In this document: positions 1-10,516 of the stretch, one piece after another
How the letters are laid out: the number at the start of each line of letters is the position of its first letter
Numbering within the stretch: position 1 is the first letter of the stretch
Notes under the pieces: model-generated
What the model was told of the DNA's origin: nothing
What the model saw: the letters and a program-made list of their open reading frames with translations, nothing else
Databases searched by the model: none
From: Terriglobia bacterium
GTDB taxonomy: Bacteria; Acidobacteriota; Terriglobia; Terriglobales; Acidobacteriaceae
DNA length: 64,000 nt
Direction: 5' to 3'
NCBI GenBank assembly: GCA_963702965.1
Contig: OY969776.1
Span: 2,731,992-2,795,991 of the forward strand
Translations under genes and position numbers: made by a program

Positions 1-584
1 TGGTAGAACTAATGGGCGGCGAAATTGGCGTGGATAGCAGCGCCGGAAAGGGCTCGACCTTCTGGTTCACCTTGACTCTTGCCGTCGACCGCGAAGCGGC
101 GCAAGCGAGTGATGCTCGCATCTCGAAGCCGGCAAATGCTTTGCCGGATATTCCGGCGGTCGATTCGACGAGTCCTCCCCGCGTGCTAGTCGTTGACGAT
201 AACCCCGTCAATCGCCGCGTGGCGTTGCGCACCCTGGAAACGCTCGGCTGCATTGTCGATGTCGCGAACGATGGCGCCCAAGCCGTGGAGCTGATAAAGG
301 CTCGTCCCTACGACGTCGTCTTCATGGATTGCCACATGCCCGTGATGGATGGATTCGAGGCGACCGCAGCCATCCGCGAGCAAGAATCAGAAGACGTCCA
401 CTTGCCGATCATCGCCATGACTGCGAGCACCATGCCTGCCGACCGCGAGTGTTGCCTCAAAGCGGGCATGGACGATTTTGTCGCGAAACCCATCAGCCGC
501 GTCGAAGTCCTCACTGTTCTGCGCCGTCATATTCGATCGTTTTCTCCTGCCGCCAAAGCTGCAGCCGCGGCTCACAGCATTTAA
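1..584 (+). CDS. hybrid sensor histidine kinase/response regulator, C-terminal part (5' end outside window)
   Basis: Frame is open from the window edge. End of an HATPase_c domain (GGEIGVDSSAGKGSTFWFTL) is followed by a receiver domain (VLVVDDNPVNRRV...FMDCHMPVMDGFEAT...AKPI). Confidence 0.85.
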   Translation, partial: VELMGGEIGVDSSAGKGSTFWFTLTLAVDREAAQASDARISKPANALPDIPAVDSTSPPRVLVVDDNPVNRRVALRTLETLGCIVDVANDGAQAVELIKARPYDVVFMDCHMPVMDGFEATAAIREQESEDVHLPIIAMTASTMPADRECCLKAGMDDFVAKPISRVEVLTVLRRHIRSFSPAAKAAAAAHSI

Positions 585-702
585 CGCTTCGCTGGAAACG
601 CGATGCATCGCTTAATTGTCCATGAATTAGTGCTTTATAATCATAAGCTTATAAATTTATTCTGTGCGACTTGACAAGATCGCACTCACATTTGATACAC
701 TG

Positions 703-729
703 TTAGCACTCGACGACATACATTGCTAA
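703..729 (+). promoter_or_regulatory. CIRCE-like HrcA operator upstream of groES
   Basis: TTAGCACTC-N9-CATTGCTAA versus consensus TTAGCACTC-N9-GAGTGCTAA (left arm 9/9, right arm 7/9). A TTGACA -35-like hexamer lies at 671-676 just upstream. Confidence 0.7.
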
Positions 730-809
730 CATGAAATTGGTCGGGTAAGTTCCAAGCTCTCAAACCAAAGAATCTTAACTGAGAAGAACAATTGAAAGGA
801 GCACCAAAT

Positions 810-1139
810 ATGGCTACTAAATTTACCCCACTGCATGACCGGATTCTAGTCCGCCGTGTAGAAGAAGCAGGAACCACGCGGGGCGGCATCATCATCCCTG
901 ACAGCGCAAAAGACAAACCGCAGGAGGGCGAAGTCGTCTCCGTCGGCAAAGGCAAAAGCAACGAAGAAGGCAAAGTTCATCCTCTCGACGTAAAAGAGGG
1001 CGACCGCATTCTGTTCGGCAAGTACTCCGGAACCGAAATCAAGCTGGATGGCGAAGACTTCATCATCATGCGTGAAGAGGAAGTTCTGGGCGTCATCAGC
1101 GGCGCAGCCAAGAAAGAATTGGCGGGATCGCGCAAGTAA
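810..1139 (+). CDS. groES: co-chaperonin GroES
   Basis: [19 protein letters not shown]...[22 protein letters not shown] is a typical Cpn10. AAAGGAG RBS precedes the ATG at 810; the ORF track starts earlier, at 792. Confidence 0.95.
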   Translation: MATKFTPLHDRILVRRVEEAGTTRGGIIIPDSAKDKPQEGEVVSVGKGKSNEEGKVHPLDVKEGDRILFGKYSGTEIKLDGEDFIIMREEEVLGVISGAAKKELAGSRK

Positions 1140-1150
1140 CTAAAAAATTT

Positions 1151-1193
1151 GTCATCCTGAACGAGCGCCGCTTTTGCGCGAGTGAAGGACCTG
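1151..1193 (+). repeat. short dispersed repeat, copy 1 (GTCATCCTGA.CGAGCGC..TTGCGCGAGT.GAAGGACC family)
   Basis: Near-identical to copies at 2993-3036 and 40933-40976. It lies in an unusually long 149-nt groES-groEL spacer. Confidence 0.8.
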
Positions 1194-1276
1194 AGCGAGT
1201 TGCGGCGCGTGGTCACGGAACGCGATCACAATAAAGCGCCAAACGAGCTACCAGATAAAGAATTCTTAACTCTTAG

Positions 1277-2956
<1,680 letters not shown>

Positions 2957-2992
2957 GTGATCGCGCATGGCGGGGCGTCTGAGCCCCGCCGC

Positions 2993-3036
2993 GATCATCC
3001 TGAGCGAGCGCGTTATTTGCGCGAGTCGAAGGAACC
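2993..3036 (+). repeat. short dispersed repeat, copy 2
   Basis: GATCATCCTGAGCGAGCGCGTTATTTGCGCGAGTCGAAGGAACC, same orientation as copy 1, directly downstream of groEL. A GC stem-loop at 2969-2990 precedes it. Confidence 0.8.
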
Positions 3037-3064
3037 AGCCGTTAGCAGTTAGTCGTTAGCAGAG

Positions 3065-3092
3065 GCCCCGCGCGAAAGCGCGGGGCTTTTTT
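3065..3092 (+). terminator. intrinsic terminator after groEL
   Basis: GCCCCGCGC-GAAA-GCGCGGGGC followed by TTTTTT. Confidence 0.8.
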
Positions 3093-3366
3093 GTGTTCGA
3101 ACTTGGCATTCGCACGTAACCGACGGGCTACGCCCTACCTCGGGAGGCAAACCTGATTGATATCAATCGGTTAGAGCGCATCCACGGATGCCGTGAACGT
3201 CTTTGCGGAAATTCGTCCGGCGATTCAAGTTTCCATCGAACGAAATGGCGCCCAACCTATGTCCATTATTATCATGAACTTAACTGTCATGACACTTCCG
3301 TCTATACGCTTCTGACATGACAATGTGTTCCGCAAGGAACATTAGGGGCTATTGCCGCTCTGCTCC

Positions 3367-3675
3367 CTACATCGACCCGACAGCCGATCCAACTTCAAAT
3401 TCGATGCCGCCGATCCATTTGGCCAGCAGGTTGTAGAGAAGTGCGCCGATGGCGCCGAAGATGAATCCGAGGACGCCGTAGAGGACAGGCATGATGACGG
3501 CCATGGCGACGCCGCCGATGGCGCCGAAGGGGTTGGGCCGCTGGCCGGCGAGGGAGCCGACCACTCCCATCAAGAGGAAAATGGGGGCGAAGAGCAATCC
3601 GAAGATGGCCTGAATCACGCCCATGATTTTGGCTACCGACATCACACCCACTGACTTAACGGTTTTCATGTCCAC
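3367..3675 (-). CDS. small hydrophobic membrane protein (unknown family)
   Basis: 102 aa with three glycine-zipper-rich hydrophobic segments. The start may be the ATG at 3669 rather than the GTG at 3675. Confidence 0.5.
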   Translation of the reverse strand: MDMKTVKSVGVMSVAKIMGVIQAIFGLLFAPIFLLMGVVGSLAGQRPNPFGAIGGVAMAVIMPVLYGVLGFIFGAIGALLYNLLAKWIGGIEFEVGSAVGSM

Positions 3676-3951
3676 TCGCTTTCTTGTCGTTTCTTGAACT
3701 CATTTGCCGAGCGTATTTCTCGAGCGATGGAATTGTACAGCGGGGAAGGTCAAGGGTAATTTTGCTAGGAAGGCAAAGGCGGCGGACAGGAATGTCCGCC
3801 CCACACAGGCAGAACCCGAGATTGGGCTACGGAAGCGGTGTTCAGGGAAATCTGTTCACAACTTTTCACACTTCTTCTTCACAACTCCGCCCGCGAATTG
3901 TGGAATAATGCGTCTCGGCTTGTTGTCGAGATTTAATCCCAGGGGGGCTTT

Positions 3952-4638
3952 ATGCAAAATCGCAAGTGGTGGCAGGCAATTTTTTCGTTTTCGTTCAATG
4001 CACTCTTGATTACTCTTCTGAGCGGCGCGGCGCTGGCGCAGTCGAACAAAAATATCGTTACGCTCAATGGCGGACGGACGGTTGTGAATTTGGGCGTCAA
4101 GCCGAGGACGGTGGTTCCGGCGGAAACTCTGCCTTCCACGCTGGTGACAATCTACAGCAATCTGGGAACGAAAAACTCGCGGTATAACGGGAATTCCGGT
4201 AATGGCATTGTGGGTCAGAATGCAGGACAACTTTTCCCAGAGGCGGTGGCGAATGCTTTCACGCCGACAGCGGATCACGTGGTGCAAGCGATTCAGGTGG
4301 CTCTGACATATGTGAGCGGAGCGAACGCGGTAAGTGTCTTTCTTGCTGAAGACGTGAATGGAAACCCCGGAAAGCCGCTACACGCCTGGCGTCTGACGAA
4401 TCTTCCGCCGTTTGGCGGATGTTGCGTGTTGCAGACACTGATCGACAAAGCGGGAATACCGGTGAAGGCGAGCACGCAGTACTGGGTGGCTGTGGCTCCG
4501 GAGCTGGATAGCGATACTTATGCGGTGTGGGACAACAACATTAAGAATCTGAGCGGGACGTGGGATAACGACAACGGCGCAGGATGGAATGGCCAGAGCT
4601 ATCAATTGCTGAACGCATACGCGGTGTACGGGAAATAA
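3952..4638 (+). CDS. secreted hypothetical protein
   Basis: 228 aa. G-rich RBS before the ATG, N-terminal signal peptide (LLITLLSGAALAQS) and a vicinal Cys pair (FGGCCVLQ). Confidence 0.6.
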   Translation: MQNRKWWQAIFSFSFNALLITLLSGAALAQSNKNIVTLNGGRTVVNLGVKPRTVVPAETLPSTLVTIYSNLGTKNSRYNGNSGNGIVGQNAGQLFPEAVANAFTPTADHVVQAIQVALTYVSGANAVSVFLAEDVNGNPGKPLHAWRLTNLPPFGGCCVLQTLIDKAGIPVKASTQYWVAVAPELDSDTYAVWDNNIKNLSGTWDNDNGAGWNGQSYQLLNAYAVYGK

Positions 4639-4655
4639 ATTTGATTTAAATTAAC

Positions 4656-5266
4656 GAGGATGCCCCATCATTTTCGTGTTCTTGACGAAAAGGGTGGGGA
4701 GACACACACGTTTTCGTAACCCACCCTTTTGCACAAAACGCAAAATGGTGGGGCAGCCGGGGAGGGATAGGTAAAGAGGATGGCCCACCATTTTCGTGTT
4801 CTTGACGAAAAGGGTGGGGAGACACACACGTTTTCGTAACCCACCCTTTTGCACAGTACGCAAAATGGTGGGGCAGCCGCGAGGAAGAATAGGTAAAGAG
4901 GATGGCCCACCATTTTCGTGTTCGACGAAAAGGGTGGGAATACACACACGTTTTCGAACCACCCTTTTGCACAGTACGCAAAATGGTGGGGCAGCCGCGA
5001 GGATGGTGGAGGGGGATAGGTAAAGAGGATGGCCCACCATTTTCGTGTTCGTTACGAAAAGGGTGGGGAGACACACACGTTTTCGTAACCCACCCTTTTG
5101 CACAAAACGCAAAATGGTGGGGCAGCCGCGAGGATGGTGGGGCAGCCGCGGGGGATAGGTAAAGAGGATGGCCCACCATTTTCGTGTTCTTGACGAAAAG
5201 GGTGGGAATACACACACGTTTTCGTAACCCACCCTTTTGCACAAAACGCAAAATGGTGGGGCAGCC
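4656..5266 (+). repeat. tandem array 1 of REP-doublet (REPIN-like) units, 5 units
   Basis: Units start at 4656, 4776, 4898, 5025 and 5164. Each carries CCCACCATTTTCGT..ACGAAAAGGGTGGG and CCCACCCTTTTGC..GCAAAATGGTGGGG hairpins plus GGCAGCC-containing linkers. The array lies between convergent genes. Confidence 0.9.
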
Positions 5267-5299
5267 TCGATGTCAATTATCAGTTGGATTAATTTAATT

Positions 5300-6442
5300 C
5301 TAGTTATTGTCGTCGCGGCGTTTCAGCGTCGGACGATCGTCGTCCGTGCTGTCAGTGCTCTTGCCGTTGCTGTCGGTGGCTGAAGTCCGGCGCAGGCTGG
5401 GCTTGTTCATATCTTTCTGGTCGGTCATCTTGCGGCGGTTTTCAAGGGCGGCGAGGCGCGCCTTGACATCCTGAAATTCTGAAGTGTCCACAACATATTC
5501 TGGCCGCGCGGGGAGAATGGTGGCAATTTCTTTCTGCGAAGCTTCAATGCGCTCCGGCGTTTGCGGATGGGTGGAGAAAGCTTTGGCCAGCGTGCCGGGC
5601 TTCTTCTTTTCCTGCGCTTCGATCTTCTCAAAGAAGGCTACGAAGGATTGCGGATCGTACCCTGTCTTATACATGTATTGCAGGCCGAGGTAATCGGCTT
5701 CGGCTTCAAAACCACGCGAGAAGGTGAGGAAGGTCATGGGCAGACCGATGCTGGCGACGGAACGCACAGCATACCCGATACCGCCGCCGACAAAAATCAG
5801 AGGGATGGTGCCGATGTTGGCGAGCTCGCCGCGCGTCATTTGGCGGGTCGCGTGGCGGGCGGCGACGTGGGCGATTTCGTGCGCCATCACGCCGGCGAGT
5901 TCAGATTCATTGTCGGCGGCGAGAATGAGGCCGGAGTTGACGTAGAAAAATCCGCCGGGCAAAGCGAAGGCGTTGATTTCGTCAGCGTCAATGACTTTTA
6001 TGGTGAATGGAACTTTCGCGTCGGAATTGCGCACCAGATTTTGCCCGATGCGGTTCACGTATTCGGTTACGACCGGATCCGTCACCAGCTTCGAACTGGA
6101 CTCGACCATCTGGGCATACTGACGGCCCATGCGAATTTCGCTCTCCAGCGAGTACCAGTTACCCAATCCGCGCCCACCAATTTTGCGGTTGCCGATGGCA
6201 TCAACGTCGTCTTCGCCGCCGTCGTGCTTGACTTTGTCAGGCGGCGGCTCATCGATGACCGGAGGGTTGGGCAGGCTCGCGTTCTGCGGAGTCGCCTGCG
6301 GAGTCGACTGGGTCCCGCCGGAGACGCCGGGATCGGAGGTGCCGGGCACTTGCGCTGTGGGGTTCTGATTAACAGGGGAGTTTTGCGCAAACATAAGCGC
6401 GCAACTCAATGCCAGCATCGCCAGCAGCCATCGCAGTCTCAT
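5300..6442 (-). CDS. M48 family metallopeptidase (secreted/periplasmic, BepA-like)
   Basis: HEIAH zinc motif (VMAHEIAHVAARH), signal peptide MRLRWLLAMLALSCALMFAQ, and GGAG RBS before the ATG at 6442. Confidence 0.8.
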   Translation of the reverse strand: MRLRWLLAMLALSCALMFAQNSPVNQNPTAQVPGTSDPGVSGGTQSTPQATPQNASLPNPPVIDEPPPDKVKHDGGEDDVDAIGNRKIGGRGLGNWYSLESEIRMGRQYAQMVESSSKLVTDPVVTEYVNRIGQNLVRNSDAKVPFTIKVIDADEINAFALPGGFFYVNSGLILAADNESELAGVMAHEIAHVAARHATRQMTRGELANIGTIPLIFVGGGIGYAVRSVASIGLPMTFLTFSRGFEAEADYLGLQYMYKTGYDPQSFVAFFEKIEAQEKKKPGTLAKAFSTHPQTPERIEASQKEIATILPARPEYVVDTSEFQDVKARLAALENRRKMTDQKDMNKPSLRRTSATDSNGKSTDSTDDDRPTLKRRDDNN

Positions 6443-6695
6443 AAACAACTCCACGTGCGGCTTGAGGGAATCTTAACCAGAGTATACGCCTCGCCCTTGC
6501 ACTCGCGCTCCGAGGGAACCTATAGAGGTTGGACGCAGAATTTTGGGGATTGGTTACCCCGAAAATGTGCAAAGTTTTGCGCTAGGGTAAAAAGACTCTT
6601 TTCCGCGCCAGCAGCTTAGTGTAGGGTTATTAGCCAACCAGACGAGCGCCGATTCTCCAGCGGCCTACGATTGGAACCCTAAGGAGGAATTTCAC

Positions 6696-7793
6696 TTGAA
6701 GAAGATTTCATCTTTTCTCGCTCTCAGTGCACTGCTAGTGGTAGCGTGCGCGGCGTTCGCAGCGGATGGCCCCATTCATCCGCGCTATGTCGTGTTACCG
6801 CAACATGGCACTACCAACGCGTCGGTTCCGCCGGCAACGTTGCAAACCTGGACCGGACACATTTCGGGGAGCAGCTATCCCTATATTCAGGTCGGCACTG
6901 ATCCTTCATCCACTAACACCACCACGACCGTGAATGTGTTCATCATTCCAGTCAAGATTTGCGTCACGCCTTCCGGCGGAAGCAAGACCTGCTTTGATCC
7001 GGCGACGAAACAAGCCAATGGGCAAACGGTCACGCAGGACGTAGTGAATTCCCCGATTTTCAAGAACCTTGATTACACGATTGACGGCACCGATCTGGGC
7101 AACACGCAGTACGAAGACGCCTTCCAGCGCAGCAACTACTGGACGGACGTGATGACCAACACCAACTATCACGTTATCCTCAAGCCGGTACTCATTCCGG
7201 AGCAGACCCTGAATGTTCCAGCCGCCGACGGAAGCGTGGGAAGCGGCTACTTCGGAATTCCGCAAGTCGCGCTCGTGGACATCAACTACCTTGATCAGGT
7301 CATCAACAACGGCCTGCCGAAGATCAAAGCCTTGACCCCCGCCAGCTTTGCATTGATCCTCACCTACAACACCTACCTCACCGAAGGTGGATGCTGCATC
7401 GGCGGCTACCACAGCGCCACCGGAGCACAATCCTACGGCGAGTTCACGTACACCACGCCCAGCAGCGGCACATCGTTCTCGCAGGACGTTTCTGCTATGT
7501 CGCATGAAATTGGCGAATGGATGGATGATCCGTTGACCAACGGCGGCAACAACACTCCTTGCGGCATCCTCGAAGTGGGTGATCCGATCGAAGGTGAGAC
7601 CGGTGCGCATCCGTACGGCGACTACACCTATTCGCTGAACGGCATGACTTACCACCTCCAGGACTTGGCCACGATGCAGTACTTCGGACAGACCCCGTCT
7701 CTTGTCAATAACGGCAATTGGACCTTCCAAGGTCAGACGGGCACTTTGCCGGGTTACAGCAGGCCAATCGGCGAGTGCAGCTACGGTTCGTAG
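6696..7793 (+). CDS. secreted Cys-rich hypothetical protein, tandem paralog 1
   Basis: TTG start with AAGGAGG RBS and a signal peptide. Conserved blocks GGCCIGGYHS, SHEIGEWMDDP and PCGILEVGDPIE. By eye about 70 percent identical to 7924-9006. Confidence 0.7.
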   Translation: MKKISSFLALSALLVVACAAFAADGPIHPRYVVLPQHGTTNASVPPATLQTWTGHISGSSYPYIQVGTDPSSTNTTTTVNVFIIPVKICVTPSGGSKTCFDPATKQANGQTVTQDVVNSPIFKNLDYTIDGTDLGNTQYEDAFQRSNYWTDVMTNTNYHVILKPVLIPEQTLNVPAADGSVGSGYFGIPQVALVDINYLDQVINNGLPKIKALTPASFALILTYNTYLTEGGCCIGGYHSATGAQSYGEFTYTTPSSGTSFSQDVSAMSHEIGEWMDDPLTNGGNNTPCGILEVGDPIEGETGAHPYGDYTYSLNGMTYHLQDLATMQYFGQTPSLVNNGNWTFQGQTGTLPGYSRPIGECSYGS

Positions 7794-7818
7794 TTTTAGT
7801 AAATCTTGCATAATTAAA

Positions 7819-7845
7819 ACCCGCTCCTTCACCGGAGCGGGTTTT
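7819..7845 (+). terminator. intrinsic terminator after paralog 1
   Basis: ACCCGCTCC-TTCACC-GGAGCGGGT then TTTT. Homologous to the terminator at 9028-9055. Confidence 0.75.
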
Positions 7846-7923
7846 AGCGTGTGTTTCCAGTTTTGATCGGCAGTCAGTTATTAAAGCGCTCGATTTTGTA
7901 ACAAATCCCCAGGAGGAATTACC

Positions 7924-9006
7924 TTGAAGAAACTTCTCGCTCTCAGTGCAATGCTAGTGGTAGCATGCGCGGCGTTCGCAGCGGATGGCGGACCGGTTCG
8001 TCCCCGTTACGTTGTGCTTCCCCCGCATGGCGGCAATAACAATTCAGCTCCGGCCGCAAGCCTGCAAGAATGGACCGGCACGCTGCTTAGCGGCTACACC
8101 TTCCACATGGTAGGAACTGACCCTTCGACTACGAACACAACCACAACCATCAACGTGTACGTCATTCCCGTTAACATCTGCGTAACGGTCAGCGGCAAAA
8201 AGACCTGCTTTGACCCGAAGACCAAGCAATCCAACGGCGCATCGGCGATTACCAACGTGGCCAATTCGCCCATCTTCAAAAACCTTGATTACGTGCAAAC
8301 GGGCACCGATATCGGGAACACGCAATACGAAGATGCGTTCCAGCGTTCGAACTTCTGGAGCGACGTGATGACCAACACCAACTATCACGTTCTGCTCAAG
8401 CCCATCCTGCTGCCGGAAGTTACGCTCAACGTTCCGACCGCATATGGCACCATTTCGACGGACTTCGGCGTGACCGCCGCGAACGTGGATATTAACTATC
8501 TCGATGGCCAAATCGGGATTGGATTGCCCAAGCTGAAACAGATTACGCCAGCGAGCCTGGCGCTGATCATGACCTACGACACCTACCTCACCTCAGGTGG
8601 ATGCTGCATCGGCGGCTACCACAGCGCCAATGGCTCCCAGACCTACTCGGAGTTCACGTATGCGGCTCCGGGCAGCGGCGGCATTATTCCCTTCTCGGCC
8701 GACGTCTCGGCTCTGTCTCACGAGCTTGGCGAATGGCTGGACGATCCGCTGACGCCGACGCAGAACAACTCACCCTGCGGCATTCTCGAAGTGGGCGACC
8801 CCATCGAGAATGAAAAAGGCACCCACAACTACGGCGACTACACCTACACTCTGAATGGATTTACCTACCACTTGCAGGATTTGGCGGCGATGACTTACTT
8901 CGGCCAGTCGCCCAATACTGTTAATGGCGGTAACTTCACGTTCCAAGGCCAGAACGGCGTACTGCCAGGAGAAGGTCAGATCAGCGAGTGCTCGTTCGGC
9001 TCGTAG
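7924..9006 (+). CDS. secreted Cys-rich hypothetical protein, tandem paralog 2
   Basis: TTG start with AGGAGGA RBS and the same signal peptide core (VVACAAFAADG). Carries GGCCIGGYHS, SHELGEWLDDP and PCGILEVGDPIE. Confidence 0.7.
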   Translation: MKKLLALSAMLVVACAAFAADGGPVRPRYVVLPPHGGNNNSAPAASLQEWTGTLLSGYTFHMVGTDPSTTNTTTTINVYVIPVNICVTVSGKKTCFDPKTKQSNGASAITNVANSPIFKNLDYVQTGTDIGNTQYEDAFQRSNFWSDVMTNTNYHVLLKPILLPEVTLNVPTAYGTISTDFGVTAANVDINYLDGQIGIGLPKLKQITPASLALIMTYDTYLTSGGCCIGGYHSANGSQTYSEFTYAAPGSGGIIPFSADVSALSHELGEWLDDPLTPTQNNSPCGILEVGDPIENEKGTHNYGDYTYTLNGFTYHLQDLAAMTYFGQSPNTVNGGNFTFQGQNGVLPGEGQISECSFGS

Positions 9007-9027
9007 TTTGGTTCTGTTGTTATTAAA

Positions 9028-9055
9028 ACCCGCTCCGCAAGGAGCGGGTCTTTTT
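9028..9055 (+). terminator. intrinsic terminator after paralog 2
   Basis: ACCCGCTCC-GCAA-GGAGCGGGT then C and TTTTT. Confidence 0.8.
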
Positions 9056-9070
9056 GTTTGCGTGGGTTCA

Positions 9071-9936
9071 AGTAAAAGAGGATGGCCCACCATTTTCGTG
9101 TTCTTTACGAAAAGGGTGGGAAGAGACAAGCTTCGTCATCCCACCCTTTTGCACAGTACGCAAAATGGTGGGGCAGCTGCGAGGATGGTGGGGCAGCCAA
9201 GTAGATAAAAGAAGCGAGGATGGCCCACCATTTTCGTGTTCTTTACGAAAAGGGTGGGAAGAGACAAGCTTCGTCATCCCACCCTTTTGCACAGTACGCA
9301 AAATGGTGGGGCAGCCTCAGGGGGATGGTGGGGCAGCCAAGTAGATAAAAGAAGCGAGGATGGCCCACCATTTTCGTGTTCTTTACGAAAAGGGTGGGAA
9401 GAGACACGCTTCGTCATCCCACCCTTTTGGATCTTAAGTAGCGAGGATGGCCCACCATTTTCGTGTTCTTTACGAAAAGGGTGGGAAGAGACAAGCTTCG
9501 TCGTCCCACGCTTTTGGATCTTAAGTAGTGAGGATGGCCCACCATTTTCGTGTTTTTTTACGAAAAGGGTGGGAAGAGACGCGCTTCGTCATCCCACCCT
9601 TTTGCACAGTGCGCAAAATGGTGGGGCAGCCGTGGAGGATGGTGGGGCAGCCAAGTAGATAAAAGAAGCGAGGATGGCCCACCATTTTCGTGTTCTTTAC
9701 GAAAAGGGTGGGAAGAGACACGCTTCGTCATCCCACCCTTTTGCACAGTACGCAAAATGGTGGGGCAGCCTCGGGGGATGGTGGGGTAGCCAAGTAGATA
9801 AAAGAAGCGAGGATGGCCCACCATTTTCGTGTTCTTTACGAAAAGGGTGGGAAGAGACAAGCTTCGTCATCCCACCCTTTTGCACAGTGCGCAAAATGGT
9901 GGGGCAGCCGTGGAGGATGGTGGGGCAGCCTCGAGG
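9071..9936 (+). repeat. tandem array 2 of REP-doublet units, 7 units (2 truncated)
   Basis: Units start at 9078, 9216, 9356, 9443, 9530, 9670 and 9809, with periods of 138-140 bp. The two 87-bp units starting at 9356 and 9443 have the second REP replaced by GGATCTTAAGTAG. Confidence 0.9.
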
Positions 9937-9950
9937 AATGGGCGGGGATT

Positions 9951-10475
9951 TTAGATCAAGCGCTCTCGTCTTTCCAGATTTGTCCCACCCACTTCTTTTC
10001 GTCGATCACCACTGGCCCGCTCTCGCCGTATGTGTAGAACCGCGCACTGCTCCATCGCCACTGCTCCCGCATCTTTCACCAATCCTCGACGCACCGGATT
10101 CTCGTGAATGTAGTTAAGCTTTTCTGCGCGTTTCTCAGGAGTCGAAACGACAAAATCGTAAAAGCGTTTTTGCCAAATGTGGGGCGTGTTGATATGCAGA
10201 TCGCGAATCAGGGCGATGGCGCTGCGATGCTTCAGCACTTGCATGATGAGCGAGGGATTGCCGGTTTCAGGTTCGCTGATGAGCAGATGAAAGTGTTCGG
10301 GCATGACCACGTAACCCTTGACGATGAACTGGTAGCGTTGACGAACTTGCTCAAAGATGTAGAGGAATAGGTCTCTGCTTTGAGGCGAGCGCAGAAATGG
10401 TTTTCGCCGGTAACAGCTCGATGTGATGAAGTGGAGGTAGCCTGCTCCGTAGTATCGTTTCAAACCGGTCGTCAT
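9951..10475 (-). CDS. REP-associated tyrosine transposase (RAYT; IS200/IS605-like Y1 HUH family), C-terminal tail frameshifted
   Basis: GYLHFITSSCYRRKPFL, HUH motif MPEHFHLLI and catalytic Tyr region KLNYIHENPVRRGLV. There are no IS ends, only flanking REP arrays. The expected WRWSSARFY tail is in another frame. Confidence 0.85.
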   Translation of the reverse strand: MTTGLKRYYGAGYLHFITSSCYRRKPFLRSPQSRDLFLYIFEQVRQRYQFIVKGYVVMPEHFHLLISEPETGNPSLIMQVLKHRSAIALIRDLHINTPHIWQKRFYDFVVSTPEKRAEKLNYIHENPVRRGLVKDAGAVAMEQCAVLHIRRERASGDRRKEVGGTNLERRERLI

Positions 10476-10516
10476 TCGGTGAGGTTAGTGGAATGGGGTG
10501 AGGATGTCTGTGAAAA

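Noticed and set aside
4646-5276. Long ORFs on both strands across array 1 (for example 201 aa, 197 aa and 93 aa with repeated FAFCAKGWVTKTCVSPHPFR or RKMVGQPRG peptides).
   Set aside because: They are read-through of a tandem DNA repeat. Every frame on both strands is open, the peptides simply repeat with the DNA period, and there is no RBS.
4647-5297. 9-nt AT-only inverted repeat TTAAATTAA (4647-4655) / TTAATTTAA (5289-5297) flanking array 1, considered as possible terminal inverted repeats.
   Set aside because: It is too short and low-complexity, and sits in AT-rich stop-codon-proximal sequence. It is not found flanking arrays 2 and 3.
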